Shown here one piece after another: positions 1 through 9,885 of a stretch of 64,000 nt of DNA. Positions within the stretch are counted from its first letter, which is position 1, and each line of letters opens with the position of its first letter. The stretch comes from Candidatus Omnitrophota bacterium. Its GTDB lineage: Bacteria > Omnitrophota > Gorgyraeia > B26-G9. The notes beneath the pieces are model-generated. The model had not been told where the DNA came from. It ran no database searches and saw only the letters and a list, made by a program, of their open reading frames with translations. The position numbers were made by a program, and so were the translations under genes. The stretch spans positions 4,549-68,548 of the forward strand of contig JAHITE010000081.1 of the NCBI GenBank assembly GCA_018817585.1. The letters are read 5' to 3'.

Positions 1-154
1 GCAATAAAGGATCATTAGTGTGCATCAAGCGAATATGCACAAAATGTCCAGGCTTAAGTTTAGCCGGGATCTTCGGCATGCTCAGCTCTAGATAATAAAC
101 ACTGGCTGACAGCTGCTGATTTTTTTCAATTTTTGCCTTCAAATCATATAACAT
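1..154 (-). CDS. pyrK: Dihydroorotate dehydrogenase electron-transfer subunit PyrK, N-terminal fragment. The gene continues beyond the window start.
   Basis: Minus-strand translation from the ATG at 152-154 gives MLYDLKAKIEKNQQLSASVYYLELSMPKIPAKLKPGHFVHIRLMHTNDPLL with no stop before position 1. It matches the PyrK N-terminal FAD-binding region (the ...PGQFV.V... pattern) and lies in pyr operon context. Confidence 0.65.
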   Translation of the reverse strand, partial: MLYDLKAKIEKNQQLSASVYYLELSMPKIPAKLKPGHFVHIRLMHTNDPLL

Positions 155-252
155 CTATTTACTCCATATTGCGTTGTGCGTACTACGCAAAAACACGTCT
201 TTTCGCTAAGTCTGAGCATGCATCGTGCAGTCTCAGCCGCGCGTTCTCACTA

Positions 253-272
253 TTTTGACATCCCTGTCAAAA
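253..272. promoter_or_regulatory. Perfect 8-4-8 palindrome TTTTGACA-tccc-TGTCAAAA in the pyrK upstream region. Candidate operator for a dimeric regulator.
   Basis: The inverted repeat is read directly from the sequence. It sits in the 266-bp mutM-pyrK intergenic leader, which has elevated GC. Confidence 0.35.
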
Positions 273-420
273 TTACGTTCAAAAGCGCCGCTCAAAGAGA
301 ATTTTTGCTCAGCGAATCAGCTATTAGCTATAACTGATTTCCTTATGTCATGTAACTGTTTTTTCTTCTGTTTTTCACTTTATAACTTTATGAACTTTAC
401 AAACTTTCTACTATGCACTA

Positions 421-1239
421 CTACTTTTGACATTTAGAACAAAAAAATGTTCCTCTACCTCCTAAAACAATTCTTTGAATTTTATTTTTGCAAACCAGAC
501 AAGGCTGAGCTTTTCGGCCATAGACATAAAAATGCTGTGAAAAGTTTCCCAGCTGACCATGTCCGTCGCGATAATCACTAAACGATGACCCGCGGCATTT
601 AATCGCCTTTTTTAAAACCTGTTTAATATTTTTAAACAGCAAGCACACTTCAGCTTTTGTTAAACTACAAGCTTGGCGATCCGGCATTATTTTGGATAAA
701 AACAATGCCTCTGCGGCATAAATATTGCCAATGCCGGCAATAAAATGCTGATCAAGCAGCAATGGTTTTATCTTGGTTAACCGCCTGCTTAACTGTTGGC
801 TAAATCCATTTAATTTAAATTCCTTGCTCAGGGGCTCTGGCCCCATTTTAGCCACCACGCTCAGCTGCTGCCAATCTTTGACTAAACGCAGTTCACCCAA
901 GGTACGCTGATCATTGTAGCATAAATAACCGCCATTGGATAATTTAAAACTAACCCGCGCTTTTTTATCAAAAGTACCGTAAACCAATTGCCCGGTCATG
1001 CGCAAGTGCACAGTCAGATATAAAGTTTTTTTATCTTTGGTTTCAAGCTCGATAACCAGAAGTTTACCTCTGCGGATTATTTGCCTTATCCGCGCGTTTT
1101 TTAATCCAGCCTTAAACTTATTGATTTCCGGCTGTTTGACAACACTGGACCGAAACACATCGACTTTAATGATTGTCTGATTTAAGATCACTTTTTCCAA
1201 ATCAGATTTAATTGTTTCAACTTCCGGAAGTTCAGGCAT
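421..1239 (-). CDS. mutM: Formamidopyrimidine-DNA glycosylase (Fpg/MutM)
   Basis: N-terminus MPELPEVE (catalytic Pro2/Glu3). C-terminal zinc finger CLVC...CSKC. 272 aa. Confidence 0.9.
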   Translation of the reverse strand: MPELPEVETIKSDLEKVILNQTIIKVDVFRSSVVKQPEINKFKAGLKNARIRQIIRRGKLLVIELETKDKKTLYLTVHLRMTGQLVYGTFDKKARVSFKLSNGGYLCYNDQRTLGELRLVKDWQQLSVVAKMGPEPLSKEFKLNGFSQQLSRRLTKIKPLLLDQHFIAGIGNIYAAEALFLSKIMPDRQACSLTKAEVCLLFKNIKQVLKKAIKCRGSSFSDYRDGHGQLGNFSQHFYVYGRKAQPCLVCKNKIQRIVLGGRGTFFCSKCQK

Positions 1240-1274
1240 AACTCACACCAAATCTATTTTAGTTATCTCTACAC

Positions 1275-1757
1275 TTAAACTAGTCCATTTGCTTTTTGCT
1301 CAAAAATATTGGCATTTTTAACATCATACTGCTGAACAAGAAAAGACCTGACTTCCTCCGCGCCTTTGGCTTTGACAATCTCAGCCATTTCCCGCAGACA
1401 TTTATCTTTACCTACTCCGCTGCCATAGGTAGCAAATAAAATTATTTTTTTACCAGCAAGACCTTTAACTTTATCAATATAGCCGCGCATCGCCGGAGCC
1501 ATGCCAAAAGCCCATACCGGAGTGCCCAGAGCAATCAAATCATATTCTTTTAAATCCAAAATTAAATCCTGATTTAAATCAGCCTGGACTTTGCGGAAAG
1601 CGCGCACGCATTGTTTTAGAAAAAACTTTGATTCATCCGATGGCTTAAGCTCAAGCATGTCAGTTTGAAATTTACGGGTAATTTTGTCTTTGAGAAATTC
1701 CGCGGTTTTTCTGGTATTTCCGGAATAAGAATAATAGACCACTATTGCTTTTTTCAT
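1275..1757 (-). CDS. Flavodoxin
   Basis: MKKAIVVYYSYSGNTRKTAEFL FMN-binding N-terminus. 160 aa. Confidence 0.8.
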   Translation of the reverse strand: MKKAIVVYYSYSGNTRKTAEFLKDKITRKFQTDMLELKPSDESKFFLKQCVRAFRKVQADLNQDLILDLKEYDLIALGTPVWAFGMAPAMRGYIDKVKGLAGKKIILFATYGSGVGKDKCLREMAEIVKAKGAEEVRSFLVQQYDVKNANIFEQKANGLV

Positions 1758-1799
1758 TTTATTTCTTCCCTATTTTATTTAACCCCTACAGACAATCCA

Positions 1800-3068
1800 T
1801 TAAAACAAATTCCATTGTTTTTCAGTTTTCTTTGTTTTCTCAGTTTTTTTTACGTTTTTATTTTTAGCCGCGCCCTTGCCAAAGATACTAATAATCCCAT
1901 ATTCACCGTCATATCCGGGTTTAATCACACATTCAGCGCGCCGAACTTTTAAAATTCCCTGGATAATCCTTGGCGGTAAAACAGCTGTAAGTTCGCTTTC
2001 AGTTTTATGCATTAAAATATCAAATTCTTTACCCAGTCCGGTTACAGCCTGATCATAGGCAGCAGCTACTCTTTTTGATGTCCGGCCAACTTCCAAAGCC
2101 TCGGCAATAATTTCTTCCAGAGGAATCAGGTTTTTAAACGGTATCGCATTATCCGGGACAAATCCTTCCGAACGATCAGCTAACTCTTCCACCCGGCTGG
2201 TAACACCCACAGTAACGGCTTTGCCGCATTGCGGACAAAGCCCCTTATTTTTTTTTGTTTCCCGCGGAGATAATCTTACCTGGCAATTACGGTGTCCATC
2301 ATAATGATATTTACCTTCTTCGGGAAAAAATTCAATGGTATAGAGAAATCTTTTTTTGTCTTTTGTCTTTAAAACATCTCTGATTTCAAAATAAGACATT
2401 TCACAATCAAACACATTAGCCTCTCTGCCGATTTTTTGCGGTGAATGGCAATCTGAATTGGAAATTAAACTGTATTTATCCAAAGCGCTCAAACGCCAAT
2501 TCATTGCCGGATCAGAGGAAAGTCCGGTTTCCAGGGCAAAGATATTTTTTGCCTGTTCTTCAAAACAATCTTCAATTAAATCAAATCCTGATTTTGAACC
2601 AAACAAGCTGAACCAGGGTGTCCAGATATGCGCTGGCACCAGCATACAATTGGGATCAATTTCAAACACAATTCTCGCCAGTTTAGCCGCGTCCAATCCG
2701 AGAATCGGCCGGCCATCAGCACGCAGATTGCCGATTGCGGACAAGGCTTTGTTAATTTTATCAACTGTTTCAAATGAAGGCGCGAAGATCAGATTATGAA
2801 TCCGATAACAGCGATTGTTTTTAGAATAAATACTGCTGATCTCAGCCGTAAGCATAAAATGCACATCATCATAAACAAATAATCCCTTACCGCTTGGTTT
2901 GAGCACTGATTTCAAATGATCCAGCCAAAGATGATGCGTAAAATCGCCTGTGCCCAAAAGATCAATGCCTTTAATTTTTGCCCATTTAGCCAAATTAGGC
3001 AGATCCATGGTTGGAGATGTAGCGCGGCTGTATTTAGAATGAATATGCAAATCAGCAATAAATTTCAT
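1800..3068 (-). CDS. PHP-domain endonuclease Q (EndoQ)-like protein with zinc finger
   Basis: Motifs DLHIHSKYS, GTGD, PAHIWTPW, SNSDCHSP..GRE, CPQCGK, PLEEIIAEA and PGYDGEYGIISI, co-linear with Pyrococcus EndoQ. 422 aa. Confidence 0.75.
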   Translation of the reverse strand: MKFIADLHIHSKYSRATSPTMDLPNLAKWAKIKGIDLLGTGDFTHHLWLDHLKSVLKPSGKGLFVYDDVHFMLTAEISSIYSKNNRCYRIHNLIFAPSFETVDKINKALSAIGNLRADGRPILGLDAAKLARIVFEIDPNCMLVPAHIWTPWFSLFGSKSGFDLIEDCFEEQAKNIFALETGLSSDPAMNWRLSALDKYSLISNSDCHSPQKIGREANVFDCEMSYFEIRDVLKTKDKKRFLYTIEFFPEEGKYHYDGHRNCQVRLSPRETKKNKGLCPQCGKAVTVGVTSRVEELADRSEGFVPDNAIPFKNLIPLEEIIAEALEVGRTSKRVAAAYDQAVTGLGKEFDILMHKTESELTAVLPPRIIQGILKVRRAECVIKPGYDGEYGIISIFGKGAAKNKNVKKTEKTKKTEKQWNLF

Positions 3069-3081
3069 AAGTACCCTTTAA

Positions 3082-4377
3082 TTAGTCTGCCTGATAAATG
3101 ATTTTCCCATTGCTGATTGTCAGCGCAACAGCTCCCTTGACTTTTCGGCCGATAAACGGAGTGTTTTTTGATTTGGATTTAAAATTAGCTAAACTGATAA
3201 TTGATTCTTTTTCGGGATCAAAAATTACCAGATCAGCATTTGAGCCTTCGGCAATATAACCTTTATCCAGCCCAAGAATCTTTGCCGGATTATAAGCCAT
3301 TTTTTCACACAACTGATTTAAAGTCAATATCCCTGGTTCCACCAGTTCGCTGATTGCTAAACTCAGGGCTGTTTCCAGTCCAATGATCCCAAACGGCGCA
3401 TGATCATATTCCACATCTTTTTCTGATTCAGCATGCGGCGCGTGATCAGTGGCAATACAATCAATTGTCCCGTCTTTTAAACCTTGCTTAATTGCCTGAA
3501 CATCAGCTTTTGCCCGTAACGGCGGATTAACTTTTGTATTAGTGTCATAGCCTAGCACAGCCTCATCAGTTAAGCTAAAATGATGCGGTGTTGCTTCACA
3601 GGTAATTTTTAAACCATCTTTTTTCGCTCTTTTAACTAAGACCACTGATTCTTTGGCACTGATATGGGCAATATGCAGACAAGTATCTGTATAGCGGGCA
3701 ATTTCAATATCACGGGCAATCATCGTTACCTCAGCCAGCGTGGGAATACCTTTTAATCCCAGTTTTGTCGAGATATAGCCCTCGTTCATAACCCCGCCAA
3801 AAGAAAGGTCATTATTTTCCGAATGAGCAATCACTAGAATATTCAGCATTGAGGCATATTCCAAAGCGCGGCGCATCAAATCGGCATTCATAACGCCATT
3901 ACCGTCATCTGAAATCGCGATTATTCCCGCGTTCTGCATATCCGCTATTTCCGAGAGTTCCTCGCCCTTTAAGCCTTTTGTGATCGCGCCAATCGGAAGC
4001 ACATTTATCAGCGCTGTTTTTCTCGCTTCAGAAATTACAAACTCGACAACTCCCTGATTATCAATCACCGGATTAGTATTAGGCATACAGCAGACAGTGG
4101 TAAATCCACCGGCAGCCGCGGCCATGCTTCCGGTTTTAATAGTTTCTTTATATTCATAGCCTGGCTCTCGAAGATGCACATGCATATCCACAAAACCCGG
4201 CATAAGCACTTTATCCTGCGCGTCGATAATTTCAGCATCTTTGTCTTTTATATTTTTGGCGATTTTAGCAATCTTATTATTTTCAATTAAAACATCCAGC
4301 TGATCATCAAGATTACTCTTCGCGTCAATTACTCTGGCATTTTTTATCAGTAATTTCATATTATTGCTCCTGTTCAT
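3082..4377 (-). CDS. pyrC: Dihydroorotase
   Basis: [10 protein letters not shown] metal-binding motif; DHAPH motif; 431 aa; pyr operon context. Confidence 0.9.
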   Translation of the reverse strand: MNRSNNMKLLIKNARVIDAKSNLDDQLDVLIENNKIAKIAKNIKDKDAEIIDAQDKVLMPGFVDMHVHLREPGYEYKETIKTGSMAAAAGGFTTVCCMPNTNPVIDNQGVVEFVISEARKTALINVLPIGAITKGLKGEELSEIADMQNAGIIAISDDGNGVMNADLMRRALEYASMLNILVIAHSENNDLSFGGVMNEGYISTKLGLKGIPTLAEVTMIARDIEIARYTDTCLHIAHISAKESVVLVKRAKKDGLKITCEATPHHFSLTDEAVLGYDTNTKVNPPLRAKADVQAIKQGLKDGTIDCIATDHAPHAESEKDVEYDHAPFGIIGLETALSLAISELVEPGILTLNQLCEKMAYNPAKILGLDKGYIAEGSNADLVIFDPEKESIISLANFKSKSKNTPFIGRKVKGAVALTISNGKIIYQAD

Positions 4378-5305
4378 CAGAATTAGCTTGTGACACCAAA
4401 TAGAGTACTGCCATTCTCACCGCGATTCCATTAGTCACCTGCTCAAGAATCACGGAATAAGTCCCATCAGCAACATCCGGCATAATTTCAATCCCCCGAT
4501 TCATTGGGCCGGGATGCATTACCAATACATCTTTTTTCGCGTATTTTTCCAGCTTTTCCTTGCTCACTCCATACTGAATCGCGTATTCGCGCATTGAAGG
4601 AAACAATCCGGCTTTTTGGCGTTCTTTTTGAATCCGCAGGATATTAATCACATCCGCGCCTTTTAATGCTTTGGATAAATCCGTGGTAATATTTACTCCC
4701 ATTTTTTCAATTTCCCGCGGTAAAAGCGTTCTCGGCGCGCAAATCGTTACATTCGCTCCCAGCTTTTTCAATCCCCAGATATTGCTGCGGGCAACCCGTG
4801 AATGCGTTATATCACCGATAATCGATACATTCAAGCCTTTTATTTTACCTTTTTTTTCTTTAATCGTAAACATATCAAGCAATGCTTGCGTAGGATGTTC
4901 ATGACAGCCGTCTCCGGCATTGATAATCGACGGCCCCATGGATTCAGCCAATGTATGCATTACTCCGCTGGAAGAATGTCGGAGAATAATCGCGTCGACT
5001 TTCATCGCTTCAATGTTTTTAAAAGTATCTTTCAGGGTCTCGCCTTTTTGAATCGCGCTGGTTGATGTGGCAATACTCAAAGTATCCGCACTTAACCTTT
5101 TTGCTGCCAGTTCAAAACTTGTTCTCGTCCTAGTTGACGGTTCAAAGAAGAATAGTACAATTGTCTTGCCGCGCAAAGTCGGTACTTTTTTAACTGAGCG
5201 GGTGGAAACTTCTTTAAACGATCCAGCTGTTTGCAGAATCAACTCAATTTCCTGCGCGGACAATTCCTCAAGTCCCAAAAGATCTTTTCTTGTCCATTCA
5301 TTCAT
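4361..5305 (-). CDS. pyrB: Aspartate carbamoyltransferase catalytic subunit
   Basis: STRTRTSFE carbamoyl-phosphate-binding motif; HPTQAL; 314 aa. Confidence 0.9.
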   Translation of the reverse strand: MNEWTRKDLLGLEELSAQEIELILQTAGSFKEVSTRSVKKVPTLRGKTIVLFFFEPSTRTRTSFELAAKRLSADTLSIATSTSAIQKGETLKDTFKNIEAMKVDAIILRHSSSGVMHTLAESMGPSIINAGDGCHEHPTQALLDMFTIKEKKGKIKGLNVSIIGDITHSRVARSNIWGLKKLGANVTICAPRTLLPREIEKMGVNITTDLSKALKGADVINILRIQKERQKAGLFPSMREYAIQYGVSKEKLEKYAKKDVLVMHPGPMNRGIEIMPDVADGTYSVILEQVTNGIAVRMAVLYLVSQANSDEQEQ

Positions 5306-5856
5306 TGGCGTTTTTCCTTTTGATTGATTAAAACTATCTCATCTTTTCCATCTTCCTCAACTAATCTGACCTCTACATTTTCCTTCAAGGTTGTCGGTAA
5401 GTTCTTGCCCACATAATCCGCTCTGATCGGCAGCTCGCGGTGTCCGCGGTCAATCAATACAGCCAGCTGAATATTCTGCGGTCTGCCCAGATCAATCAGT
5501 TCATCCAAAGCGCAGCGAATCGTTCTGCCGGTAAACAAAACATCGTCAACTAAAACAATCTTTTTATCATCGATATCAAAATCAACTTTGGTGCTGTGCA
5601 CAACCGGACAGTAATCAATCATCGTTAGATCATCGCGGTAAAGAGTTATATCCATTATTCCCACCGGAACATCTGAGCCATCGATTTCTTTGATCAAATC
5701 AGCGATTCTCTGGGCAAGATAGGCTCCCCGGCAGCGGATACCAACAATCGCCAGATCCTCAGTCCCTTTATTGCGTTCGAGTATTTCATGACTAATCCGC
5801 ATCAAAGTACGTTTTATCATCTTATCGTCCATTAGATTTGCTTCTTTTTTCAGCAT
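5302..5856 (-). CDS. pyrR: Bifunctional pyrimidine operon regulator / uracil phosphoribosyltransferase PyrR. The start was moved to the SD-supported ATG; the raw ORF extends to 5895 through the attenuator terminator.
   Basis: PRPP-binding motif [34 protein letters not shown] matches the PyrR N-terminus. AGGAG SD lies 5-6 nt before the ATG at 5854-5856. Confidence 0.85.
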   Translation of the reverse strand: MLKKEANLMDDKMIKRTLMRISHEILERNKGTEDLAIVGIRCRGAYLAQRIADLIKEIDGSDVPVGIMDITLYRDDLTMIDYCPVVHSTKVDFDIDDKKIVLVDDVLFTGRTIRCALDELIDLGRPQNIQLAVLIDRGHRELPIRADYVGKNLPTTLKENVEVRLVEEDGKDEIVLINQKEKRQ

Positions 5857-5877
5857 AGGGTCTCCTTGAATTAGACA

Positions 5878-6021
5878 TAAAAAAAACCTGCTCACTTACC
5901 TCAGATCGGTATAGTTTAAGCAGGCTAAAAACATCATTTTTTGACTCCTTGCTAGTCTCTCTGGACTAATTTAAAGGTTTATCTTTATATTAAATATAGC
6001 ATAGGCCGGTATGCTTGTCAA
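5878..6021 (-). promoter_or_regulatory. pyr operon promoter and PyrR-dependent transcription attenuator.
   Basis: Sigma70-like promoter on the minus strand: -35 TTGACA (6016-6021), 17-nt spacer, -10 TATATT (~5990-5995). PyrR-binding loop GUCCAGAGAGACUAGCAAGGAGUC on the minus strand (5943-5967). Intrinsic terminator: hairpin 5886-5923 followed by T8 (5878-5885). Confidence 0.7.
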
Positions 6022-6202
6022 GATAAACTAATAAAAAAAGCGGTTCATGAAATATCTGGGTTTTGACAATATTTTGCTCTAGTTTTTGTTTTAAACTCAA
6101 TTCCTGCTGCGCGAATAAACCGGAATTTGGACAGCCAAAAACAAGAATTAAACTGAAAACTACTTTTATTATTTGATTAATCTTTATCGCGTTAATTTTC
6201 AT
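5990..6202 (-). CDS. Small putative lipoprotein (70 aa)
   Basis: Signal peptide with lipobox LVFGC. Sits between the glycan cluster and the pyr promoter. No recognisable domain. Confidence 0.35.
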   Translation of the reverse strand: MKINAIKINQIIKVVFSLILVFGCPNSGLFAQQELSLKQKLEQNIVKTQIFHEPLFLLVYLDKHTGLCYI

Positions 6203-6232
6203 TTATTGTCTTTTTCCTGCCCTAATAATATT

Positions 6233-8398
6233 TTATTTTTGCTGATCCAGCGCCATCAGTTCCAGGGCTTTTAAATGCATGGTTTTATATTCCTCATTTC
6301 GCTCCTGCTCTTTATACAATAAAGCCAGATTATAATATGCTTCCAGATAATCAGGATTAAGCTCAATTGCTTTAAGATAATCTTTTTCCGCTAAAACCAT
6401 TTGGCCAGTAGATTCATAAACCGCCGCCCGATGATTATAAACCGGAGCAAATTGCTGATCAATTAAAATAGCCTGGTTAAACACGGCTAAGGCCTGATCG
6501 GATTGGCCTAAGGCCGCATAAGCTGAACCAAGATTAACTCTGGCGCCAAGATCATTAGGATCAAGCTCCAGGACTTTATTATAAGCCAAAATTGTCTGAT
6601 CATATTTTTTCAATTTAAACAAAGCCAGGCCCTGATTATTATAGGCCGCTGAATCCGCGGGATCATGGGCAATGACCTGCTCAAATATTTTTAAAGCCGA
6701 ATCAAACTGATTATTTTCCAAATCCAAAACTCCGACATTATACAAGATATCCAGATTATCGGGATTTATTTTACAAGCCTGCTCAAAAGATTTTATCGCC
6801 TTGGCCGTCTGGCCTTTATAGCGAAAAGCCGTGCCTAAATTAAAAAACCAGCGGGATTTGTCATCCTGGGCAGCGCCAAACAGATTCAGATTGCAGTAGA
6901 TATATAAAACAAGCAAAACTAAACCATATTTTAGAAATATTCTAAAGTTCTTATTTCTTAATTTATCAAAAAGCCAAACAGCGGCATATGCCGCGTAAAT
7001 CACAAAATAAGGCACAAGCACAGCGCGATATCTGCTGACCACGAAAAATATGACCATAACCATTAAATGTGCCAGGATAAAGCAATTCAGAACCATTATT
7101 TTCTGATTGGTTTTATGCCAGGAAATAAATATTCCGAGCAAAGCCAAAGGCGCGATAACCCCAAAAGGAAAACTAATAAACCGATTGGAAAAAACCAAAA
7201 CAGTCAGCAATGATGACCATAAACGAAAAAAATAAATACTCTGGTTTTCCGGAATTTCATAAGCACTAAACAAATAAAATATTTTCCTCAGAATCAAACT
7301 AGTAAAATCCACTGGATGCTGAATAATATATTGCCCTGTTTTAAACATCCAGTAATTCGAGACCTGAGAATTATTCAAATTCTTATTAGTTTGCGATTGA
7401 GCGACTTTGATTGAAGATACCCAGACATTATCCTGCCAGCCTTGATAAGCAAAATCCCGGCTGGGCGGGGCCGCGGTTTTACCGTCAGCTAAAGGATTAT
7501 TACCAATATAAAGATTTATCCCAATGGTTGATGAAAGCAGGACAAACTCTCCGCCTTCAATCAGATTCCGCAAAGATAAGGGTAAAACACTAAGAAAAGC
7601 TCCCAGACAAAGCAGAATCAAAGGTTTAAACGCTGTTTTATTCCAGGAAAAAGGTTTATTTGTTTTTATTTTTTGGTTTACAGTCAGGGGTAACTGTTGG
7701 TCTGTTGAATTTTTATTTTCCCCATCGGCCCTAATCTCGGATAAACAATCCGCTTGCGCGAAGTGGCAACCTTGCTGTTTAGTTAGAAAATAATAAACAT
7801 AAGCGCAAAGCAAAGGCAAAAATAAAATCACATTCGGACTAGTTTGCAGACAAATCCCGAAAAAAATACCGCTGCTCAGCCATTTCCAGGGTTTTGGTTT
7901 TTCAATTGTGCTGAAGATAATTAATAACAAATTAAGATTTAAAAATATAGTCAAACCAACGCTTAAAAACTCAGCGTCAAAATAAATTAATACTCCGTAA
8001 AGCGCGCAAATAATTCCCGCAAGCAAACCAACTCTTCGACCAAACAGTTTTTTAGCCAGCAAATAAACCAGCTGACAATTGATCGAACCTAAGATCATCT
8101 GCGCGGTTTTTATGGCAAAAAAATCACTACTAAATAACCGCATCAATACAGCCAGAAAATAAACATACAGCGGTACCCGGGGAGTAACCAGCCCCTTGAG
8201 CAGCCAGTCTCCGGCTACCATTTTTTGCGCGTAGATATAATGACTAAGCGCGTCAATTACCGGCGAATCAAAAAAAGGACAATGCTGATATTGATTTAAA
8301 TAAACCAGCCGAAAAAACAAAGCCAGGATAAAAATCAGGCTGATGCTGATAAAATCAAATACGAAAAATGTTTTTTTGATATTCTGTTCTTGGTTCAT
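6233..8398 (-). CDS. Polytopic GT-C-fold glycosyltransferase (PMT_2/ArnT-like, GT39/83-type) with a C-terminal TPR-repeat domain
   Basis: About 12 N-terminal TM helices with a PMT/ArnT-like layout. The C-terminal ~230 aa contain about six TPR units (AIKSFEQACKINPDN..., ALKIFEQVIAHDP...). The start overlaps the upstream stop (ATGA). Confidence 0.6.
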   Translation of the reverse strand: MNQEQNIKKTFFVFDFISISLIFILALFFRLVYLNQYQHCPFFDSPVIDALSHYIYAQKMVAGDWLLKGLVTPRVPLYVYFLAVLMRLFSSDFFAIKTAQMILGSINCQLVYLLAKKLFGRRVGLLAGIICALYGVLIYFDAEFLSVGLTIFLNLNLLLIIFSTIEKPKPWKWLSSGIFFGICLQTSPNVILFLPLLCAYVYYFLTKQQGCHFAQADCLSEIRADGENKNSTDQQLPLTVNQKIKTNKPFSWNKTAFKPLILLCLGAFLSVLPLSLRNLIEGGEFVLLSSTIGINLYIGNNPLADGKTAAPPSRDFAYQGWQDNVWVSSIKVAQSQTNKNLNNSQVSNYWMFKTGQYIIQHPVDFTSLILRKIFYLFSAYEIPENQSIYFFRLWSSLLTVLVFSNRFISFPFGVIAPLALLGIFISWHKTNQKIMVLNCFILAHLMVMVIFFVVSRYRAVLVPYFVIYAAYAAVWLFDKLRNKNFRIFLKYGLVLLVLYIYCNLNLFGAAQDDKSRWFFNLGTAFRYKGQTAKAIKSFEQACKINPDNLDILYNVGVLDLENNQFDSALKIFEQVIAHDPADSAAYNNQGLALFKLKKYDQTILAYNKVLELDPNDLGARVNLGSAYAALGQSDQALAVFNQAILIDQQFAPVYNHRAAVYESTGQMVLAEKDYLKAIELNPDYLEAYYNLALLYKEQERNEEYKTMHLKALELMALDQQK

Positions 8399-9885
8399 GA
8401 CTTTAATATTGGAATAAGTAGTTTATGAAAAATTGTTCTAAAGAAAAACATTGGTTTTCTAAATAAGAATATATTATAATTCTGGAAAAATTTAAATGGA
8501 TTTCTTAAAAATAATTTAAGGTTATAAGTCCAATACCAGTTTCTCCGGGTTTTTTCCAAAAACCTACTGTCAAATTCCTCGGTTTCAAATTTTGACTGAA
8601 AATAATCGAGGCTTGTATCATCCAAATCATTTAAATAGCCTTTTTGCCGGCAATATTCAAAAATCCGAGTCCCGGGCAAAGGATTGGCAATAAACAAAGA
8701 CACCCTGTCCAAAGCCAGCTTGTTCATAAATTCTAAAGTCTTAAATATCTGGGCCTTTGTTTCCTGCGGAAAACCAATAATAAAAAAACCATAAGTATTT
8801 ATTTTATGCGCTTTGATTATTTTGCTTATTTCCTCAATTTGCTTTAAATCCGTTGGCTTGTTTAAAACATCGCGCAATATATTCGGATCACCGCTTTCCA
8901 CTGCCAGAGTTATTTCATAACAGCCGCTTTGCTTCATTAAGCTGATCATTTCCGGATCAAGGGTCTGAGCGGCAATGCCGTTAGGAGTGTTCCAGGTAAA
9001 ATTAAATTTACGGTCAATCATTGCTTGAAACAATTTTTTCGCCCGCGGTTTATCCAAAGTCAGATTATCATCAAAGAATTTTATTTCTTTAATCCCCATA
9101 GCCTTTAACTGGCACATTTCCTGAATTACATTTTCCACAGAACGCGGCCGATACTTTCTACCCCAAAAATGACAGGAGCTGCAAAAAGCGCATTCAAACG
9201 GACAGCCGCGGGAGGTGATCAGATTCATTGCCGGAGTCTGTCGGCTGACCAGGCCCATGGGCAAATTGATTTTATGATATTTTTCTAAGGGTAATAAATC
9301 TCTGGCGGGAAATGGAATCAGATCAATATTTTCAATCCACTGGGTCTTGGGATTTATCTGAACTATATTATTATTTCTAAACGCCAAACCATCAATCTTC
9401 GCGTAATCAGCTTTATTGCTAATCGCGGTTAAAAGATTTTTTAATGTCTCCTCCCCTTCGCCCAGAATAATAAAATCAAGCTGCTGATTCTCCAGGCATT
9501 TTTCAGCTAAAAAACTGGGGTGTGAACCGCCGACGATAGTTACAATGTTTTCGGAAATGCTTTTAATATCACGGCAGATCCGATTAACAATGCTAATCTG
9601 ACTGGAATAAAGACAAGTTATGGACACAGCATCCGGCTCGAAATCAATAATCTGCTGTTTTATCTGGCTAAAAGACAATCCATAGCGCAATAAACCATTG
9701 GCTAATCTGGTTTCCTGCGCATATCCCTCAACTGCCGCATCAAGGAGTTTAACTTGAAAATCATCGCGCAGATAAGCAGCCAGATAAGTAATTCCCAATG
9801 GCGGCATTATCTGTTTAACAGACTCCGGCGAAAAAACAACCGGAGGAAAAATTAGCATTAGTTTTTTTATGGGTCTATCAATCAT
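8395..9885 (-). CDS. B12-binding-domain radical SAM protein (class B rSAM)
   Basis: N-terminal cobalamin-binding Rossmann-like region. Radical SAM cluster motif SRGCPFECAFCSS (CxxxCxxC). 496 aa. Paralog of the next gene. Confidence 0.8.
   Translation of the reverse strand: MIDRPIKKLMLIFPPVVFSPESVKQIMPPLGITYLAAYLRDDFQVKLLDAAVEGYAQETRLANGLLRYGLSFSQIKQQIIDFEPDAVSITCLYSSQISIVNRICRDIKSISENIVTIVGGSHPSFLAEKCLENQQLDFIILGEGEETLKNLLTAISNKADYAKIDGLAFRNNNIVQINPKTQWIENIDLIPFPARDLLPLEKYHKINLPMGLVSRQTPAMNLITSRGCPFECAFCSSCHFWGRKYRPRSVENVIQEMCQLKAMGIKEIKFFDDNLTLDKPRAKKLFQAMIDRKFNFTWNTPNGIAAQTLDPEMISLMKQSGCYEITLAVESGDPNILRDVLNKPTDLKQIEEISKIIKAHKINTYGFFIIGFPQETKAQIFKTLEFMNKLALDRVSLFIANPLPGTRIFEYCRQKGYLNDLDDTSLDYFQSKFETEEFDSRFLEKTRRNWYWTYNLKLFLRNPFKFFQNYNIFLFRKPMFFFRTIFHKLLIPILKS

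Noticed and set aside
225-437. 70-aa plus-strand ORF in the mutM-pyrK intergenic region
   Set aside because: Low-complexity, Cys/Phe-rich translation on the strand opposite to all neighbours. It overlaps the probable pyrK leader and operator. Most likely a chance ORF.
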